A stretch of 59,849 nt of DNA. It comes from a bacterium (GTDB lineage Bacteria; UBA6262; WVXT01). The stretch is taken from assembly GCA_046759165.1 (NCBI GenBank), contig JBHIBS010000002.1, forward strand, positions 1-59,849, read 5' to 3'. Under the pieces are notes generated by a model that was not told the origin of the DNA, did not search any database, and saw nothing but the letters and a program-made list of their open reading frames with translations. Each line of letters begins with the position of its first letter. Position 1 is the stretch's first letter. Of the stretch, positions 55,654 to 59,849 are shown piece after piece. Position numbers and translations under genes: made by a program.

Positions 55654-55719
55654 AACTCCTCCTCTCTTAGTCTTTTAAGCTCTTAAGCTTTTAGTCTCTT
55701 AAGCTCTTAGTCTCTTATC

Positions 55720-56880
55720 CTACACTATCTTTTTCAACAATGATAAGAGATCCTCATAACTGACTTCGCGAGGATTTCCTCTTGTCGAGCTTGAGGTGAG
55801 AGATTTCTCCACAAGTTCAGGCAAGTCCTCTGACTTTACACCAAATTCTCTTAAATTTTGGGGAATTCTGAGCTCCCTGGCTATCTTGTCCACTGCCACA
55901 AGAGCCTTACGGCCAACCTCTTCTTCTGTTAAACCCTCTATCTTCTCTCTCAGAACACAGGCAATAGATTTGAATTTCTGAATGGTTGAGGGTAAATTAA
56001 ATTCTATTGCATGGGGGAGAAGTATGCCGTTTGCCACACCATGAGGAACTCCATATAATGACCCCAAAAAAGCTGCCACTCCATGAGCAATACCCAAGCC
56101 AGAATTTGTTAGGACAACGCCGCCCAGAAGACTGGCCAGACACATCTTCTCCCTTGCTTCCAAGTCAGAGCCATTAGTGTATGCAGAAATTAGTGCTTCT
56201 CCCACAAGACTAATACCCTTAATTCCCAAAATGTCTGTTAGAAGATTTGATTTTCGGGAAACGTATCCCTCGATGAGATGACTCAAAGTATCCATCCCGG
56301 TTGAGGCAGTTATTTCTTTGGGAAGGTTTAGGGTCAAGGCGGGGTCGATGATGGATACCCTAGCAAAAAGATAGTTGCTGCGAAAACTCCTTTTACTTTT
56401 CGTGTGCCTATTGATAATCACAGCATTCCTGGTAACTTCCGCTCCGGTTCCAGCTGTAGTGGGAATGGCAATAAAAGGAAGACCGTATGAATTTAACCTT
56501 TTACTCCCTTCCCCCTCCAGATATTCGGCTACCGAATCGAAATCCTGCTCAAGCCCCAGCCCGGCAATTGCTTTAGCCACGTCAATAGCGCTTCCGCCAC
56601 CAATTCCTGCTACGGCCTTGCATCTATTCTGACGGGCTAAGATTACACCCCTATCCACCACCTCAGTATCAGGTTCTGGAGAAACCTGGTCATAAAGGAA
56701 GAAGGCAATATTCTCTTTATTTAATGTTCGATTGACCCTATCTAGGATGCCACTCTCACGAATAGCCCTCTTTCCAGTGACAAGAAGAATAGGATCTCCC
56801 AAGGGCTTAACTTCTATACCCAGTCTATTCAAACTCCCTCTGCCGAATATTACTCTTGTGGGCAAGTAAAATTCCCACAT
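55720..56880 (-). CDS. iron-containing alcohol dehydrogenase
   Basis: GIGGGSAIDVAK, PTTAGTGAE and His-rich metal site HGVA...HG. Confidence 0.9.
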   Translation of the reverse strand: MWEFYLPTRVIFGRGSLNRLGIEVKPLGDPILLVTGKRAIRESGILDRVNRTLNKENIAFFLYDQVSPEPDTEVVDRGVILARQNRCKAVAGIGGGSAIDVAKAIAGLGLEQDFDSVAEYLEGEGSKRLNSYGLPFIAIPTTAGTGAEVTRNAVIINRHTKSKRSFRSNYLFARVSIIDPALTLNLPKEITASTGMDTLSHLIEGYVSRKSNLLTDILGIKGISLVGEALISAYTNGSDLEAREKMCLASLLGGVVLTNSGLGIAHGVAAFLGSLYGVPHGVANGILLPHAIEFNLPSTIQKFKSIACVLREKIEGLTEEEVGRKALVAVDKIARELRIPQNLREFGVKSEDLPELVEKSLTSSSTRGNPREVSYEDLLSLLKKIV

Positions 56881-56993
56881 TCTTCCTCCTTATGTGAATC
56901 TGCCTGTGCTCAATAGGGGAAACCTCAATAGGTTTCCCCTTATTGCGTTCGCTCCGCTCTCTGTCACCCCTTCCACAAAGGTTATCATCTGAG
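56881..56993 (-). repeat. mosaic leader repeat (L2) upstream of the Fe-ADH gene
   Basis: Core at 56885-56929 and a perfect 11-bp hairpin AGGGGAAACCT-CAAT-AGGTTTCCCCT (56915-56940). On the gene strand it ends TTCACATAAGGAGGAAGA-ATG. Confidence 0.7.
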
Positions 56994-58673
56994 TTAAGGC
57001 TTCTTTCTTTCCATCTCTCGAAGCCAGGAATCCACCTCTATATCGCCCTGAACGAGCCTCTGGGCAACTATCCATTCTCTCTTCGCTTTAACTTCTTCTC
57101 CGAGCCTGTAGTGAATAAGGCCCATATATTTATGAATAAGAGGATTGAAAGGGTTAATCTGATTAGACTCCTCGTAATTTCGGAGTGCGAGTTTTAACCT
57201 CCCCTGAGTAAAGTAGAGAGTGGCGAGATTTGTATAGGTTGCTCCGTAGTTAGGGTTAACCTGTAAGGATTTTTTGAATGATTCCTCTGCTTCTCTAAAT
57301 TTTCCCAGTGCCATGCAGGTTTTACCCATCTTATTGAGAATGACATGGCTATTGGGTTCTTCTCTCAAACCTTTCTCATATTCGATAAGAGCAACATCAA
57401 ACCTTCTTCTCTGGCGATAGATATCTCCCAGTCGGATATGTCCATGAGCTCCTATTCCCACATACTCTTCCAGTTCATCGACCTCCTCTGCCCCTTTCTT
57501 TAACTTAAAGCTATCCACTGCTATTCCCGGAGTCTCCTCGAGATTCATCACCTCCAGAAACTCTCTCAAAACGCTCTGAAACTCTTCCTGGTCTATCCCG
57601 AAGAATTGGTGGAAAATCCTGTCCCAATGCTCCTCGATTTTCTCAAAGTTTCCCTCCCTTCCTTTCCAGGCAGCTCTGCCAAGCCTCTTAAAGAAATGGA
57701 TTAACTTTTTCTTTCCATGATACTGGAGTAGGTAGTCTACTGCCAGAGAGACTTCGGCAAAGGCCAAGATTACCTCCTCCCGGGTTTCCAAAGTGGGCAT
57801 GCCCTTGCGCATTTTCCGGAAATCGATCCATCTTCCCTCTTTCGATGCCCGCGAAAGGGAGTTTCTGTAAAGGGGAATTAGATAGTTTGGTTCTTGAACT
57901 CTCCACCTTGTCTCATGGTACTTAGCAAGACCTTCGTTTAACCACAAAGGGATATTGAGCCCTGTTATTTTGGCAATAAGATAATGGATAAATTCGTGAG
58001 CTAAAGCATCGAGCCAGCGATAACCATATACCAGGCAGCGAGGAGAGATAATCATAATTCGGTTAAATTTGCAGATTCCGATCGCCCCGGATATTTCAAT
58101 CTGCCTCTGCGAAAGACTGGAAGCATGGGTGAATCCCTCAATTGTAGGATATACTTCCACTAGAACTTTCTCTTGAGGAAAATAGCCCAGATCATCCCCT
58201 ATTTCTTCATATGCTTTCTCCAAAGCATGGAGGGCATAGTCTACGAGAAGACTGTCTCTATTGGCCAGGCGGAGTATAAAATGTTCGCTTGAATAATTAT
58301 TAAATTCCTCTGTGATTTCCTTAGTGGCTTGGACAAAGGAGAAGAGTCTTTTTCGTTCCTCATTCCATGGTTCCATGAAGGAAGCAGTCTGGAGATACTC
58401 CAATGCTTTGTCATAACTCCCATGGTAAAAATAGCATAATCCGAGTAACCTCAAGGAGTCGGGCCTCCCCGGTTTCTCAAGCACGGCCTTCCTAGCAAGC
58501 TCCATTGCTTTCTCCACATTCCATTGATTTAAGTACCTTTCACCATCAACGATTATATCCCCGGCATGAAGAAAAGCAGGAGAAGTTAATAAGAAAATAC
58601 AAACCAGTAATTTCATCAGACTAATCTTGATTCCCATGGCTATTTTTGAGACTGTAGGGTTCCCACACCTCAA
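56994..58673 (-). CDS. secreted peptidase-MA-like protein with TPR repeats
   Basis: Signal peptide, HEFIH plus WLNEGLAKYHE (the same module as in the 36120 protein), with N- and C-terminal TPRs. The start is uncertain (TTG 58673, ATG 58637 or 58616). Confidence 0.8.
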   Translation of the reverse strand: MRCGNPTVSKIAMGIKISLMKLLVCIFLLTSPAFLHAGDIIVDGERYLNQWNVEKAMELARKAVLEKPGRPDSLRLLGLCYFYHGSYDKALEYLQTASFMEPWNEERKRLFSFVQATKEITEEFNNYSSEHFILRLANRDSLLVDYALHALEKAYEEIGDDLGYFPQEKVLVEVYPTIEGFTHASSLSQRQIEISGAIGICKFNRIMIISPRCLVYGYRWLDALAHEFIHYLIAKITGLNIPLWLNEGLAKYHETRWRVQEPNYLIPLYRNSLSRASKEGRWIDFRKMRKGMPTLETREEVILAFAEVSLAVDYLLQYHGKKKLIHFFKRLGRAAWKGREGNFEKIEEHWDRIFHQFFGIDQEEFQSVLREFLEVMNLEETPGIAVDSFKLKKGAEEVDELEEYVGIGAHGHIRLGDIYRQRRRFDVALIEYEKGLREEPNSHVILNKMGKTCMALGKFREAEESFKKSLQVNPNYGATYTNLATLYFTQGRLKLALRNYEESNQINPFNPLIHKYMGLIHYRLGEEVKAKREWIVAQRLVQGDIEVDSWLREMERKKP

Positions 58674-59605
58674 ATATACTCTATGGTGCTTGGAGGTTTG
58701 GGAGTAATATCGAAAAGGATCTTGGTCACGGAAGGTATCTCCTCAGCAATCCTCTTTTGAATCTTCTCCAGGACTTCCCACGGGATTCTACTCACAGAAG
58801 CAGTCATTGCGTTCTTAGACTCAACGCTCCGGACCACTATTATGTTCCCAAAGACTCTCTTGCCCCCAACCATTCCTGTGGCTCTATCTTTCATAAGAAC
58901 TGCAAATGCCTGGAAAGGCCTTAACTCTTTTGTTTCTTCCTCTATGATCCTATTTGCTTTCCTGACTATCTCCACTCTCTGGGGATTAACTTCTCCTATG
59001 ACCCTTGTTGCCAGACCAGGCCCAGGGAACGGCATTTTCTGGTAAATTTCTTCGGGCAGCCCCAATTCTCTCGCCACATCCCTTACCTCGGGTTTATAGA
59101 TTTCTCTCAGAGGCTCGATAACTTGAAATCCATAATCTTTGGGATCGATTCCTATCTGTTCGAGAACGTTGTGCTGAGTCTTAATACCTCTTTCAGTTTC
59201 TGAGATGTCCGCAGCTATCGTGCCTTGGATAAGGTAGGCAGCTCTATTTTCCTTTACTACTTTTCCCAGTACTCTATAGAAAGTATCTCTGAACTTTTTC
59301 CTCTTCTGTTCAGGGTCTTCGATTCCTCTAAGCGCTTCGAAGAATTCATCTCTTTCATCCACTACTTTAACTTTTATACCTAAATTTCCTAACTCCTCGG
59401 ACACCTTAGTCGGTTCGTCTTGTCTCATCAGCCCGTCGTCAATAAAAATAACGGTTAGTTTTTCTCCCAGTACCTTGTATGCCAGAAATGCACAAGTTGT
59501 GCTGTCCACTCCTCCTGAAGTAGCCACCACAGCACTCTTATCTCCTACAATTTTCTTTACCTCCAGGAGTTTCTCTTCGATAAATTTCTTCACCTCCCAT
59601 GCCAT
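58670..59605 (-). CDS. guaA: GMP synthase ATP-pyrophosphatase subunit (stand-alone subunit-B type)
   Basis: SGGVDS PP-loop, the GMP-synthase C-terminal dimerisation region, and a ...PPSTIEYI tail. About 311 aa with no GATase domain. Confidence 0.88.
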   Translation of the reverse strand: MAWEVKKFIEEKLLEVKKIVGDKSAVVATSGGVDSTTCAFLAYKVLGEKLTVIFIDDGLMRQDEPTKVSEELGNLGIKVKVVDERDEFFEALRGIEDPEQKRKKFRDTFYRVLGKVVKENRAAYLIQGTIAADISETERGIKTQHNVLEQIGIDPKDYGFQVIEPLREIYKPEVRDVARELGLPEEIYQKMPFPGPGLATRVIGEVNPQRVEIVRKANRIIEEETKELRPFQAFAVLMKDRATGMVGGKRVFGNIIVVRSVESKNAMTASVSRIPWEVLEKIQKRIAEEIPSVTKILFDITPKPPSTIEYI

Positions 59606-59768
59606 TTAGACATCCTCCTTTCTTCAGAAATCGACAATAATTCGCTATTCTGATTAGAATTGCTCCGATGGATCGGAGTGGCTACCTTAAGAATAAATAT
59701 ATTTAGAAGACAGTAAAAGATAGTTTGTGAAAACTTTCGGGAATTTTAGCCAAAAATCGAAGAAAAAT

Positions 59769-59849
59769 TGTTATTGCGAGGAAGCGAAGCAACCTGATAC
59801 GAATTGTCATTGCGAACGAAGTGAAGCAATCTGACACGCAGTGTCATTC
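59769..59849 (+). repeat. tandem 36-37-nt repeat TGT(C/T)ATTGCGA..GAAG.GAAGCAA.CTGA.ACG... (2.2 copies, cut by the window end)
   Basis: Units at 59769-59804, 59805-59841 and 59842-59849. An inverted copy of the core lies at 53848-53876. Confidence 0.8.

Noticed and set aside
59769-59849. Possible start of a CRISPR array at the window edge.
   Set aside because: The 36-37-nt units are directly adjacent with no spacers, they differ at several positions, and no cas genes are nearby. It is a plain tandem repeat of a dispersed word.

Overview
About 60 kb from what looks like an uncultivated, AT-leaning diderm bacterium. It has an Omp85-type barrel and outer-membrane beta-barrel genes, and its strong genes use an extended SD, AAGGAGGTGA. 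All protein calls come from motif recognition by eye; no searches were run. Layout: (1) 1-4.5 kb is a core block, hflX-pgsA-plsY-gpsA-hup-merR, ending at tRNA-Pro(GGG). (2) 4.5-13 kb is accessory. Three same-orientation copies of a leader-like repeat (0.2-0.5 kb) each supply the SD for a different cargo gene: an ICMT-like methyltransferase fusion, a YbjQ-like protein plus B12 radical SAM, and a small membrane protein. The first junction is interrupted by an IS110/IS1111-type element with a split transposase. (3) 13.5-19 kb carries pcm, tRNA-Pro(CGG), a LysM/M23 gene, an RpoS-like sigma factor and apt, followed by a tRNA 5'-half remnant, a 33-aa Cys-rich micro-ORF, an MBL hydrolase and an aldo/keto reductase. 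(4) 19-34 kb is patchy and gene-poor. It holds a 423-bp tandem amplification carrying identical RHH-like genes, long intergenic regions with hairpin repeats, tRNA-Arg(CCT) followed by orphan genes, outer-membrane barrel genes and cstA. (5) 36-59.6 kb is a long minus-strand housekeeping run: guaA-B-like, Fe-ADH, cupin, DUF362, DHH-CCA fusion, S2P, trpS, scpAB, pheA-hisC-aroF-tyrA-aroA, cmk, plsC, ispH, rpsA. It ends in an unusual peptidase-MA/TolB-propeller/Omp85-barrel fusion. No CRISPR array, rRNA or recognisable defence system was seen. The strongest novelty candidates are the tRNA-anchored repeat/cassette arrangement with the IS110-type element, and the RHH tandem array.
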